Shown here one piece after another: positions 34,842 through 44,315 of a DNA stretch of 64,000 bases (position 1 is its first letter; each line of letters opens with the position of its first letter). A program made the position numbers and the translations under genes. The stretch lies in the NCBI RefSeq assembly GCF_003991155.1, contig NZ_CP031297.1, one strand, 5' to 3'. Source of the stretch: Escherichia coli (GTDB lineage: Bacteria; Pseudomonadota; Gammaproteobacteria; Enterobacterales; Enterobacteriaceae). Under the pieces are notes generated by a model, which worked only from the letters and a program-made list of their open reading frames with translations, was not told the DNA's origin and did not search any database.

Positions 34842-35845
34842 TGCAAAAAATTCTACGGATCATGGCCGTTAGCGCGGTCTTTTGGGTTGGTTCGGTATCG
34901 GCTGACCCTGGGTGCCAGAATGCGGAAGTGATCGGCGGAAAACTGATTACTGACATCTGCTGGAGCTGTATTTTCCCTATCAAAGTAGCAGGGGTTCCTA
35001 TAAGTGGTGGAGGCGGATCATTCCCGAGTGAAGCCGTAAGCAACCCTCTGTGTATGTGCAAGGATAATCTAGGGGTCCCTCGGCCTGGAGTCACCACTTC
35101 TATGTGGGAGCCAGCACGGCTCGTTGAATTTCAGAGAGTGCCTGGCTGCTCATCAGTCTTGAATGGTGTCAGGTTCCCGTTTGATAGGACTAACCAAGGG
35201 CATCATGGCATGGGAGACATGGATGGTGGTGATGGTTCTTTTATGCACTATCACTACTATGCGTTTCCTCTGTTGGTGATGCTCGATTTATTTATTAAGC
35301 AGACCTGTAATGCTGATGGGTATATGGATCTCGACATCATGTACATGTCGGAGCTCGACCCGACCTGGAACAATGATGAGCTCGCTTTTTTTACCAATCC
35401 AGAGGCGGCGGCAGTAGCAAACCCAATTGCGGCGGCTGCGTGTACTGCTGATGCTGTCTCATCAACCGCTGGAAAACCTTTAAAACAGCTTTTCTGGTGT
35501 GCTGGTTCATGGGGCACCCTGTATCCATTTAGTGGCAACCAGAATGGTGGAAAAGGTGTTATCCGCGATAGCAGTCTTCTTAGCACAAGGGTTCTGGCTG
35601 CTTTGCATCGCCGGGGGTTAGCGTGGAAGACAATGGGTTCTGAGGCTATGTGTAGAGGCGTTATTAGCCCAACACTACCCAAAACGCAGTACAAATTCAC
35701 GCTATTGCATCCGGTTCCAGAGACAAACTCATCTCACGTAATTGGCGAATCCACTCTTACGTGGGGTCTGGCGCGAACTATACCGGCAATTGGGCAAGAC
35801 CCTATTTACACCATCTGGCGATGGAATGATTGCTGTAACAATTGA
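34838..35845 (+). CDS. TraU-like periplasmic pilus-assembly protein (tentative)
   Basis: ATG at 34838 overlapping preceding stop (ATGA); signal peptide; Cys/Trp-rich; TraU assignment is by position and composition. Confidence 0.7.
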   Translation: MMQKILRIMAVSAVFWVGSVSADPGCQNAEVIGGKLITDICWSCIFPIKVAGVPISGGGGSFPSEAVSNPLCMCKDNLGVPRPGVTTSMWEPARLVEFQRVPGCSSVLNGVRFPFDRTNQGHHGMGDMDGGDGSFMHYHYYAFPLLVMLDLFIKQTCNADGYMDLDIMYMSELDPTWNNDELAFFTNPEAAAVANPIAAAACTADAVSSTAGKPLKQLFWCAGSWGTLYPFSGNQNGGKGVIRDSSLLSTRVLAALHRRGLAWKTMGSEAMCRGVISPTLPKTQYKFTLLHPVPETNSSHVIGESTLTWGLARTIPAIGQDPIYTIWRWNDCCNN

Positions 35846-35960
35846 GCAGACCCTAACGAATTTGCACGGGCATTTTAGATTATGCCCCAAAAGGGCCACT
35901 ACACGTACAGGTGGCCCTTGTCTTCTCAGATAGCATGGGAAGGTTGAAATGGAGAACACA

Positions 35961-38756
35961 ATGCGAAGTCATAATTACTTTATGAAAGCTGTGGCCTCGC
36001 TGTTGACAGTAACCATGTCTGCGCTGCCGATACATTCCTACGCTAACGGTAGCCAAGACCAGGACATCACAGCGGTGGGTAAAGAGGCCCAGGCTTTCGG
36101 ACAAAACCTCTCAAACTCATTCAAGTCGAGCTCGGGGACTGTGCAAGATGGCACAATCTCTATGCCGACGTTGAAAGACGGTCAATTCCAAATGAACGGG
36201 GGGAGTCAGATTAATGTCAATGATCTATTCCCCGGAACGAGCGGGACCAACAATAAACCTGATAGTTATTACTTCCCTGATGCCAATAAACCTGATGTGG
36301 GCGGTCTGCAAGGCATTTACGACTCTGGCGATGACATGGACAGCGTGGGGAATAATGCAAAAGGGTCGCTGTGGAGTGATGCCAATAGTGCTAATCCATC
36401 AATCTCTGGTGCGGCATACAAGGTTCTTCTCGATGCCTCTAATCGATCACGCCCTGATTTCAGTAATGACCCGGTACTAAATCTAAGCAAAAAGACCTAT
36501 GAGGATATGGACCTCATCGCAGGTGGCTTTGGGGATTGTTCTGCCGAAACAACCATCAATCAGAATACTATCAACGCCCACATTCCAGAGTATGAACGGT
36601 GTCAGCGTGTTGTAGATCAAAGCGCGGACTGTGAGGTTGTCCATGACTACGACGCCTCTGTGGTGAAGCACTATGATGGTCCATATAACCTCAAATCTTG
36701 TGGAGAAGGCTGTACTGAGTTGTGGATTGGTCGAGTGGGGGACAACTACTGGAGTGGTAACTGCAAGATTTATGAGGAGTACACGCGGGTCCAAGTCAGC
36801 AATCCAGATGCCATAGTGTCTGCAACGCTTGAATACGCCAAGTGGGATGACTACATGCAAGTGTGGGTCGGTAAGTCCGGCCAAGAGACTAAAGTGTGGT
36901 CTGGCCCAGATGGCAACTTCCCTCCAGAAACAGCCGGTAGATGTGAGCTCTCCACGAGTTGGGAGCGAAACCCTAATGTTGATGTCACTCCCTATTTTAA
37001 GAACGTGAAAGATGGTGATGTTGTTACGTTTAAGATCCGCGTTTCAGTAAGTGGCGAAGGTGAGGGTTTTGGCCGCATAAAACTCCGCTATGACCCATCG
37101 AAAGCCATTACCAAGGATGAGTGGGCTCCACAGAGCTGCATGGATTCAGCCAAAGGGGTGGTAGATGGTTTTGCGGAAGGCGAGATCACATGTATAGATG
37201 ACCCGACTGATGCTACTGGCTGCACAGTCATCAATGGGATCAAAGTTTGCGAATCTCAACTCAAGCCGTCACCTTTGCCTGGTATTCCAAAACTATGCAA
37301 AAAGGTTCGAGTTAAAGCTGACTATGACTTCTATAAGGGGCAAATGGACTGCTGGACAGACCCTCAAGGTGAAACGCACTGTCCGGTAAACACGGGCGGG
37401 AATCTCGATAGCTGTCAGAAATATGAAGAAAACCCTCAGTGCGGCTTCATCAGTTCCAAATGTGTTGATGGTGCTCAGGGAAGTTCTGGTACGTGCTACG
37501 TCCACGAGGATACTTATGACTGTGGTACAGATGTTTCTGTTCCGACCTTGGAAAAGGAAACTGAGTACCAGTGCGGTGGGCCTATACGCTGCATGGGAGA
37601 TGACTGCCTTGATTTGACCAAAACACAAAGCACTGATTTTGCTCGCGCTACTGCGTTGCTCAATGCAGCCCAATTCATGACGCAGGATATGAGCTGCACA
37701 GGCCAAGATGGGGATGACAATCCTACCGGGGATGAAAACGTTATTTGCTCTGCTTTTGCAGGGGAAGCTGGCGAATGCAAGATAGCTGTTGGGGGAGTTT
37801 CTGATTGCTGTGAAAAGCCAACCAATATATCTCTTGCCGATTATCTGAACCTAATAATGGCCGTTCCAAAGCTCGATGGCGCAGTGATGGGGCTGACTGA
37901 TGGTAATGCGCTTAAAGGTGCTTATCAGGTACTTAGGGAACCTGCCCTTCAAGGGTGGACAGAAGTCACAAAACCGTTCACAAGTTATATAGAGAACGTT
38001 TCAGGTGCTGTTGATTCGTTCTTCCAGCCTGTAGAGCAGTTTGTTGATCAACTCATTGACCAGCTCAAAGAGCAAGTCAAAGAAGTGATGATGGATGTCA
38101 TGAAATCAGCAGGCCAAGATGCAGCAACAGAGCAGGCGGCTGCCGCAGCATCTGAACAAGCTGCCGAAGCAATGATGGAGACTGCGACAACATGGCTTAG
38201 CACTGCCATGACGATATATACCGTCTATGTCGTTGCGATGGTGATGATCCAGATGATTTATAAGTGCGAGGAAGAAGAGTTCACTATGAACGCAAAAAGA
38301 GCGCTCAAGAATTGCACCTATGTAGGCTCTTATTGTAAATCTAAGGTGTTGGGCGCTTGTATTGAAAAAAGAGAAGCGTATTGCTGCTTCAATTCTCCGC
38401 TCTCTCGTATTATACAAGAACAGGTTCGCCCTCAATTGGGGCAGAACTTTGGAGACCCCAAAAATCCTCAGTGTGAAGGGATTCCACTAGATAAAATTGC
38501 CGAAATTGATTGGAGCAAAATTAATTTGGATGAGTGGCTTGGGATATTACAGCAGAACGGTAAATTCCCTGATCCGGCCTCAATAAATCTCGACTCGCTG
38601 ACTGGAGCAGGGAATGACTTCAATATTGACGGGACGCGGAAGAATGCTCAGGAAAGGGCGTTGGAGCGGTTGGAAGGGATTGATATTGACGCGAAGCGAA
38701 AAGAGGCGACAAACAGCATAGACCCTCAAACAGGCGCGCCAACTGGTGGTGGATAA
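35961..38756 (+). CDS. Cys-rich mating-pair stabilisation protein (TraG/TraN-like)
   Basis: ATG at 35961 with GGAGA SD; signal peptide; more than 30 Cys; C-terminal hydrophobic segment. Confidence 0.8.
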   Translation: MRSHNYFMKAVASLLTVTMSALPIHSYANGSQDQDITAVGKEAQAFGQNLSNSFKSSSGTVQDGTISMPTLKDGQFQMNGGSQINVNDLFPGTSGTNNKPDSYYFPDANKPDVGGLQGIYDSGDDMDSVGNNAKGSLWSDANSANPSISGAAYKVLLDASNRSRPDFSNDPVLNLSKKTYEDMDLIAGGFGDCSAETTINQNTINAHIPEYERCQRVVDQSADCEVVHDYDASVVKHYDGPYNLKSCGEGCTELWIGRVGDNYWSGNCKIYEEYTRVQVSNPDAIVSATLEYAKWDDYMQVWVGKSGQETKVWSGPDGNFPPETAGRCELSTSWERNPNVDVTPYFKNVKDGDVVTFKIRVSVSGEGEGFGRIKLRYDPSKAITKDEWAPQSCMDSAKGVVDGFAEGEITCIDDPTDATGCTVINGIKVCESQLKPSPLPGIPKLCKKVRVKADYDFYKGQMDCWTDPQGETHCPVNTGGNLDSCQKYEENPQCGFISSKCVDGAQGSSGTCYVHEDTYDCGTDVSVPTLEKETEYQCGGPIRCMGDDCLDLTKTQSTDFARATALLNAAQFMTQDMSCTGQDGDDNPTGDENVICSAFAGEAGECKIAVGGVSDCCEKPTNISLADYLNLIMAVPKLDGAVMGLTDGNALKGAYQVLREPALQGWTEVTKPFTSYIENVSGAVDSFFQPVEQFVDQLIDQLKEQVKEVMMDVMKSAGQDAATEQAAAAASEQAAEAMMETATTWLSTAMTIYTVYVVAMVMIQMIYKCEEEEFTMNAKRALKNCTYVGSYCKSKVLGACIEKREAYCCFNSPLSRIIQEQVRPQLGQNFGDPKNPQCEGIPLDKIAEIDWSKINLDEWLGILQQNGKFPDPASINLDSLTGAGNDFNIDGTRKNAQERALERLEGIDIDAKRKEATNSIDPQTGAPTGGG

Positions 38757-38783
38757 AAAAAGGGGCCTTTCGGCCCCTTTCTC
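38755..38783. terminator. Bidirectional terminator (GGGGCC-tttc-GGCCCC flanked by A and T runs)
   Basis: Between convergent genes. Confidence 0.6.
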
Positions 38784-38794
38784 ATGTAGATTGA

Positions 38795-39655
38795 TTACGC
38801 TTCTGGGTAAACAAATAACTCTGCTTTTCCCTGATCAAGAAGGTAAGGGAAAGCAACTTTTTCGCCATTATCCAGCTCAACCGATTTTGGAGCAAGGTAG
38901 AGGTAGGCCCAAGCTGGTAGCTGTTTGCTAATAGCTGCGTAGATCGCTTGCTGAGGAGCATGGCTTGCTGCCCCATTACCGACATTCACAAAGTTGTATG
39001 CGGTCTCATGGCCTGATGTGAAGGCATACGCTGTACCTTGAACGCCAGAGACAAAATTAGGAGCTGACCCTAGGCGAGGCTCCACGATTTTCACCTTAAC
39101 GGAACACATGTCAGCTACCTTACTTTGTCCGTTCACCCACGTCGGGCAACCCCATTCATTCTTGTAGAACTGATAGGTTAGGCGACCGTCTTTGTCATAC
39201 AGAAGCGTGAAATTGGCACCCAAATCAGTCAGCGCTGACTCAATGGAAACTTTCACATGTGAAAGAAATTTGGCCTGAGCGTCTGCCGGTGAAACTGCTT
39301 CGTTAGCAGGCATCCAAGCGATCAAGCTATTGCGAGCGCCATGCTGTTTGGGGCCGATAGCCCAGTTCGCAAGGTTGACCAAGCCACCTTGCCAGTCGGT
39401 CATTCCGAGCTGAGGGGACATGTAGCCAGACAGCACGTAGGCTGCCCCAAACGTTTTGGTGTCGGTCAGACGCTCCAGCTTGTCACGCGGAACAGAAGCG
39501 TCTTGGATGCCTGTTACCAGGCCACCGGCCTCCGCGATGTTGTAAGCGCGACTGTGATTGGTTTTGTACGCTGTGGGTTCGTAACTGCTGGTGGATGCAC
39601 AGCCAGATAGAGCTGCTACAGCCAGAGCCACGGTGGTGATTAAAGCCTTTTTCAT
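38795..39655 (-). CDS. Lipoprotein (LSGC lipobox)
   Basis: GGAGA SD; signal peptide + lipobox. Confidence 0.8.
   Translation of the reverse strand: MKKALITTVALAVAALSGCASTSSYEPTAYKTNHSRAYNIAEAGGLVTGIQDASVPRDKLERLTDTKTFGAAYVLSGYMSPQLGMTDWQGGLVNLANWAIGPKQHGARNSLIAWMPANEAVSPADAQAKFLSHVKVSIESALTDLGANFTLLYDKDGRLTYQFYKNEWGCPTWVNGQSKVADMCSVKVKIVEPRLGSAPNFVSGVQGTAYAFTSGHETAYNFVNVGNGAASHAPQQAIYAAISKQLPAWAYLYLAPKSVELDNGEKVAFPYLLDQGKAELFVYPEA
39250..39265. promoter_or_regulatory. Palindrome CTTTCACATGTGAAAG (copy 3), located inside the lipoprotein gene
   Basis: Exact copy within coding sequence. Confidence 0.35.
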
Positions 39656-39734
39656 GTTGTTCTCCGTTCTTACCTGAGTTGAATCTGATTTACTTCGATA
39701 ATATCACAGCATCAAAAAATGCAACCATAAAAGA

Positions 39735-39762
39735 CAAAAAAAAGCCCCTCGGGCGAGGGGCA
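39735..39762 (-). terminator. Intrinsic terminator for the minus-strand gene (GCCCCTCG-ggc-GAGGGGC + U-run on minus strand)
   Basis: Hairpin with A9 on plus strand immediately 3' of gene 39778..40419. Confidence 0.55.
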
Positions 39763-39777
39763 AAGGTTTGGGCTGGG

Positions 39778-40419
39778 TTATGCTGCTTTTGTTTTCTCGG
39801 CTTCGTCTGCGATTTCCTTGTCGCCGGTTGCAGATTCCGGAGCGGCTTCGGCCACTTCACCTTCTTTGCCTTTGCTGTGGGCGGAAATGCGAGCCCGTTT
39901 CTCGATGCCGATGATTCGACCGGCCAGCTTGATGAGGCGTTGCTGCCATTGGTAAGTGGCGTCGGTGCGCTGCTTGCTGGTCAGTACGGTGTTCAGCCAG
40001 AGAGTGTCAACGATCCCCATCAGGGTATCCAGTTTGCGGATCAGGTGTGCAAACTGAGCAACCTGAGGAGAGTTGATCTCGATGGTGTATTCATTCGGGT
40101 TGGTGTAGCCGGGCATCATGTCGATGCCGTTGTCTTCCATCAGCTTGTTGAGCTGGGCGGTAGCTTTGTCCAGGTCTTCGGAGACCTTGGAAATGTGTTC
40201 CAGGATGACGGTTTCAACCTGGTCGATTTCGTCCTGCTCACCGATGATGCGAAGGATCACGTCGATGGAGAACAGGGAGTTGGAAACTCGCTCAAAGCTG
40301 CGTTCCATGACGCGCTGAGCTTGGAGGCTGTTTACTTTCAGAACTTGCTTGAAAACAGGGCGAGAGTAGTGGTTGCTGCGGTCGTTGTTTGTGTCCAGTG
40401 CTACTTGTGCTTCTGCCAT
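39778..40419 (-). CDS. Hypothetical protein with Lys/Glu-rich C-terminus
   Basis: ATG at 40419 with AGGAG SD (residue 21 of ORF 39778..40479). Confidence 0.75.
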   Translation of the reverse strand: MAEAQVALDTNNDRSNHYSRPVFKQVLKVNSLQAQRVMERSFERVSNSLFSIDVILRIIGEQDEIDQVETVILEHISKVSEDLDKATAQLNKLMEDNGIDMMPGYTNPNEYTIEINSPQVAQFAHLIRKLDTLMGIVDTLWLNTVLTSKQRTDATYQWQQRLIKLAGRIIGIEKRARISAHSKGKEGEVAEAAPESATGDKEIADEAEKTKAA

Positions 40420-40497
40420 TAGAGATACTCCTAAATTTGAGGTACAGATAAACGCACTGGAAAGGATAAATGCGGTCAATCTGTAACCTGACCTCTC

Positions 40498-40530
40498 GAA
40501 GTGCCCAAAATGGACAGTTACAGCGTTTTC
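40498..40530 (+). promoter_or_regulatory. Motif B (GTGCCC-AAAAT-GGAC ... TTACAGCG), copy 6
   Basis: Divergent intergenic region before the array. Confidence 0.4.
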
Positions 40531-40565
40531 TGTTTAGCAAAGGTGAGCTATATTTGAATCATCTT

Positions 40566-40616
40566 AGTCGCTCTGCGGCTATAGGTGAGATAGCTGGTCT
40601 CCGAAAACAAACAGCA
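40566..40616 (+). promoter_or_regulatory. Conserved leader element C, copy 1 (hairpin GAGA-TAGCTGG-TCTC + CGAAAACAAACAGCA)
   Basis: Seven related copies, each before a gene block. Confidence 0.45.
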
Positions 40617-40713
40617 TCTAGTCTTATGCCGTATGGCATTACTTAACCCCAAGCCGGGGGCTTCTCCCGGTTTTCGGGTGTTGCCCCTGTTTTTTTTACA
40701 TAGGAGCAACACC

Positions 40714-41034
40714 ATGCACATCATCACTTTCATTGTAGTTCTGCTTGCATCTCTGGGCGCACTGTACGTAGGCGCGAAGGCATTTGCTTTTTCCTTCATC
40801 GTTCTCGCTAAAGTGTTCCAGCGTATCGGTTTGTTCCTTTGGAACAAATTCGCAGTTCCTGCAATGCGGTCTGTACAGGCCGTCATCAAAGAACGTGCTG
40901 CCAAGGCTGAACAAGCCAAAGCAGTCGTTGAACCTGAGGTAACTCAAGTTCAAGAAGTCGCTAAACAAGAACCTGACTGGGATTATCTCGAAATCCCGAC
41001 TTACCTTCGTAAGGGCAAGGAACTTGTTTGGTAA
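40714..41034 (+). CDS. Small membrane protein carrying an FtsZ C-terminal-peptide-like tail (EPDWDYLEIPTYLRK)
   Basis: ATG at 40714 with AGGAG SD; N-terminal hydrophobic 35 aa; C-terminus matches the FtsZ conserved C-terminal peptide (E. coli ...EPDYLDIPAFLRKQAD, from memory). Confidence 0.75.
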   Translation: MHIITFIVVLLASLGALYVGAKAFAFSFIVLAKVFQRIGLFLWNKFAVPAMRSVQAVIKERAAKAEQAKAVVEPEVTQVQEVAKQEPDWDYLEIPTYLRKGKELVW

Positions 41035-41073
41035 TAACTGTCGCTGAGTAATCTTCGACACTTTCAAACCCAT

Positions 41074-41113
41074 CGGGGCAACCATACCCCGACGGGGATG
41101 TTGCCCCTTTTTG
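41074..41113 (+). terminator. Terminator-like hairpin (GGGGCAAC ... GTTGCCCC + TTTTT)
   Basis: GC stem + T-run after gene 40714..41034. Confidence 0.45.
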
Positions 41114-41128
41114 CTTAGGAGCAACATC

Positions 41129-41221
41129 ATGGAAATCGCTATCATCGCTTTGTGTATCCCTGCTGGTTGGGCAATCTCTCGTCCTTTCGTGAGAATCGCT
41201 GAATCGTTCGGTTACTGCTGA
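41129..41221 (+). CDS. Tiny hydrophobic peptide (30 aa)
   Basis: Same TAGGAGCAACAYCATG context as the preceding gene; MEIAIIALCIPAGWAISRPFVRIAESFGYC. Confidence 0.35.
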   Translation: MEIAIIALCIPAGWAISRPFVRIAESFGYC

Positions 41222-41337
41222 TAGTCAACGCAAAGGGAGGGGGCAACCCCTCTCTTTCTGGTCAAGCCTCTGTGGCTTGTCCTCAAAGTCTTCTGGTGTC
41301 AGTTGGCTTTGACGACAAGCTACAGGGGGAATGTCGA

Positions 41338-41523
41338 ATGCAACAGAATCTTCATGTTTACGACGATCACGCAGGCATCATCTATCTGGCTGATGGACGC
41401 GAGGTGAAATTTGATCCGAAACTGTATTCCAGCTCCTACCAGGCGCACAGTGAAGCAGTGAAGTGGGCCAAAGAAACCGGGGTCATTGGTCAAAACGACG
41501 ATGTGGTGATGTTCGTCCATTGA
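41338..41523 (+). CDS. Small hypothetical protein (61 aa)
   Basis: ATG at 41338 with AGGGGGA SD. Confidence 0.5.
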   Translation: MQQNLHVYDDHAGIIYLADGREVKFDPKLYSSSYQAHSEAVKWAKETGVIGQNDDVVMFVH

Positions 41524-41600
41524 GGGAGTAGCCTCCAGGAGAGGCTACTCTCCTCGCTCCTTAAAAGTCTTCTTACTCATGGTGAATACCATCAGTAAGC

Positions 41601-41660
41601 AGATTTTGTTCTCTTCGGAGAGCGAAAAGTGCGATAGCTGGTCGCCAAAAACAAACAGCA
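41601..41660 (+). promoter_or_regulatory. Leader element C, copy 2 (hairpin CTCTTCGGAGAG, hairpin GCGA-TAGCTGG-TCGC, CAAAAACAAACAGCA)
   Basis: Part of a 121-bp block identical to 46436..46556. Confidence 0.5.
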
Positions 41661-41742
41661 AATTAACGTTAATTTACTAGCCCAACCGGGCGCATCCGCC
41701 CGGTTCGGGACGTGGTGCGCCTGTCACAATAGGAGCGCACCT

Positions 41743-42711
41743 ATGTCTCAATACTCTCAATTCTCAGTAAGCAAGGTTTTCGGTATGCCCAGCATTCCGG
41801 AGAAGGTAACGGCCATCGGCTACGCTGACGGTTCAAACCCTTTCATCCCTGCCACTGATACCAACTACGTTTTCCGCAAAGAGTTTCTGCGAGAGGTCTT
41901 GGCCTATCTCAAAGAGCCTGGCGGTGACGCATTGTTCGTAACCGGCCCTACCGGGTCTGGCAAAACCTCAGGTATCACCGAGATCGCTGGTCGTCTCAAC
42001 TGGCCTGTTCAGCAAATCACTGCCCACGGGCGGATGGAGCTGACAGATCTGATTGGACATCACGCTCTGGTCGCGGAAAAGCCTGGTCAACCACCTGTCA
42101 TGAAGTTCATGTATGGACCTCTGGCAGTCGCTATGCGTGAAGGTCATCTGCTCCTCATCAACGAGGTGGATTTGGCCGACCCTGCCGAGCTGGCTGGTCT
42201 CAACGATGTCCTTGAAGGGCGTCCCCTTGTGATCGCTCAGAATGGCGGGGAAATCATCAAGCCGCACCCGATGTTTCGTGTGGTCGTTACTGGTAACTCT
42301 ACGGGGTCCGGTGATGCTTCTGGTTTGTACCAGGGGGTGATGATGCAGAACCTCGCAGCTATGGATCGCTATCGTTTCACCAAAGTAGGGTATGCGGATG
42401 AGGAAGCTGAACTCAGCATTCTTGGCCGTGCTACTCCGAAACTTCCGGAAAATGTGCGGAAGGGAATGGTTCGGATTGCTAATCAGGTCCGCAAACTGTT
42501 TCTTGGCGAAAACGGTGAAGATGGTCAGATCAGCGTCACCATGTCCACTCGGACGTTGGTGCGTTGGGCGAAACTGTCTCTAGCGTTCCGTGGTGCCCCA
42601 AATGCTCTTGAATACGCCTTGGATCAAGCTCTGCTTATCCGTGCGGCCAAAGAGGAGCGTGAAGCCATCCTGCGTGTTGCGAAGGATGTGTTCGGGGACC
42701 AATGGCGCTAA
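41743..42711 (+). CDS. AAA+ ATPase, MoxR/CobS-like
   Basis: Walker A GPTGSGKTS; Walker B LLLINEVD; 322 aa. Confidence 0.85.
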   Translation: MSQYSQFSVSKVFGMPSIPEKVTAIGYADGSNPFIPATDTNYVFRKEFLREVLAYLKEPGGDALFVTGPTGSGKTSGITEIAGRLNWPVQQITAHGRMELTDLIGHHALVAEKPGQPPVMKFMYGPLAVAMREGHLLLINEVDLADPAELAGLNDVLEGRPLVIAQNGGEIIKPHPMFRVVVTGNSTGSGDASGLYQGVMMQNLAAMDRYRFTKVGYADEEAELSILGRATPKLPENVRKGMVRIANQVRKLFLGENGEDGQISVTMSTRTLVRWAKLSLAFRGAPNALEYALDQALLIRAAKEEREAILRVAKDVFGDQWR

Positions 42712-42721
42712 GAGGTGACGC

Positions 42722-43630
42722 ATGAAGAAAAATGACTGTTTGTGCCGTCGTTACACTGCTAAAGAGTGGGGCAATGACGAAACCACAATAGAAGTCTTCA
42801 TTGGCTACAAGTTGCTCCGGGAGCCCAGCTCCTCGGAGCCAGGCCAATTCACGATGGTCGAGCTACGCCGAACCGTCACTGATGGGAAAGCTGAAAATTG
42901 GTCTGAGACAAAGCTCGAAGGACCTTTTGAAGCTAACGGCCCAGACACGATCCCAATGTCCTACAAGGACAAAGAAAGCCAGTATGTGTCACAGTTTCTC
43001 AGCCAGGGGTACACCTTTCTGGATGAGGTGCTGGTAAACGCAGAGACACAGACGGTGCTGGAAGGGGGGAATGTTTCAGCCGGACAAACAGCCAGCTTGG
43101 GATCTCTCAACTGGCTGTTATCTCCGCCCTCTGAGTTACCTCCAGGTGACATAAACCTCTTCAAAGGTTTTGTTGCTGGGGTTTTTGCCAAAGGAGCCGG
43201 TTTAATCGGCTTTGAGGTTGCTCGGAGCGAAGGCTCAAATGACTTGCTACCCAGTGTGCTGATGCGTACTGACAGCGGTTATGAGCTTGGGGTTAGCACT
43301 GGACTAGGCGAAAACACTATCCATCCAGCTACGCTGGAAGGCGCTGGTGAACTCCGCCCGGAACATGGTCACAAACCCCTGCTGATGTTGGTTTACCTGC
43401 AACAGCGTTTCGCGGATGACTTTTCAAACGTAGAGAAGCCGCTGGTGGCATTCTGTGATGAACAGGGTGATACCTTCGACTACGAGCGTTTTGATTCACT
43501 AAAACCCCTCATTGAACGGTTTGGTTTCAGCTACGACGAAGTAAGAGCAGATGCAGAAAGGCTTGGCCTTGTATCTGAGCTGATTCGCCTGGCAGAGATC
43601 GACGCCGAACAAGAGGATCACTTTTTTTAA
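42722..43630 (+). CDS. Hypothetical protein
   Basis: AGAGGTGA SD; 302 aa. Confidence 0.8.
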   Translation: MKKNDCLCRRYTAKEWGNDETTIEVFIGYKLLREPSSSEPGQFTMVELRRTVTDGKAENWSETKLEGPFEANGPDTIPMSYKDKESQYVSQFLSQGYTFLDEVLVNAETQTVLEGGNVSAGQTASLGSLNWLLSPPSELPPGDINLFKGFVAGVFAKGAGLIGFEVARSEGSNDLLPSVLMRTDSGYELGVSTGLGENTIHPATLEGAGELRPEHGHKPLLMLVYLQQRFADDFSNVEKPLVAFCDEQGDTFDYERFDSLKPLIERFGFSYDEVRADAERLGLVSELIRLAEIDAEQEDHFF

Positions 43631-43675
43631 CCCTTACGGGGGCTTGCTCCCCGAAAGGGGCGTTGGCCCTCTCCA
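43629..43675 (+). repeat. Intercistronic GC-hairpin element (AACCC-N-CGGGGG...CCCCG type), example 1
   Basis: Starts at the preceding stop codon; one of at least 17 similar elements between genes from 43.6 to 63.8 kb. Confidence 0.6.
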
Positions 43676-43693
43676 AATAACTTGGAGGTCATG

Positions 43694-44221
43694 ATGTCTA
43701 AAGGCGTCAACAAAGTAATTCTGGTCGGTAATCTCGGTTCTGACCCGGAAATTCGCTACATGCCAAGCGGCACTGCCGTTGCCAACTTCAACGTTGCAAC
43801 AACGGATACGTGGCGCGATAAGCAGTCTGGCGAGCAAAGAGAGCATACTGAGTGGCACCGTATTGTGCTTAAAGGTCGTTTGGCGGAAGTCGCTGGTGAG
43901 TACCTGAAAAAGGGCTCCCAAGTCTATCTCGAAGGGAGCAACCGCACCCGGAAGTGGACTGACAGCCAACAAATCGAGCGCTACACCACCGAAGTACACT
44001 GCGTTGAAATGCAGATGCTTGGTGGTCGTGGAAATGCACCTCAGGACAACTCTCAACGTGCAGCGCCCCAAAAAGGGCAACGTACAGGAGCCGGTACGCA
44101 ATCTGCTCCTGTGCAGCAATCAGCACCGCAAGGTGGTATGGGCGGAGGCTATGGTCCCGCTCCTGATGGCTGGGATGATGACATCCCGTTCATGCGGCTG
44201 CACCACTTGGCTGGCGGGTAA
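43694..44221 (+). CDS. ssb: Single-stranded DNA-binding protein
   Basis: OB-fold N-terminus, Gly/Gln-rich linker, acidic tail DDDIPF. Confidence 0.95.
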   Translation: MSKGVNKVILVGNLGSDPEIRYMPSGTAVANFNVATTDTWRDKQSGEQREHTEWHRIVLKGRLAEVAGEYLKKGSQVYLEGSNRTRKWTDSQQIERYTTEVHCVEMQMLGGRGNAPQDNSQRAAPQKGQRTGAGTQSAPVQQSAPQGGMGGGYGPAPDGWDDDIPFMRLHHLAGG

Positions 44222-44238
44222 CACCGCCAACTCTTACT

Positions 44239-44284
44239 AAACCCCACGGGGGCACTCATGCCCCGAGGGGGTCATGGTGTCCTC
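44239..44284 (+). repeat. Intercistronic GC-hairpin element, example 2 (CATGGTGT pairs with ACACCATG at the recT start)
   Basis: Upstream segment is complementary to the SD/start region. Confidence 0.6.
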
Positions 44285-44315
44285 AAACCGTTCATTCGTG
44301 AATTGGAGAAACACC

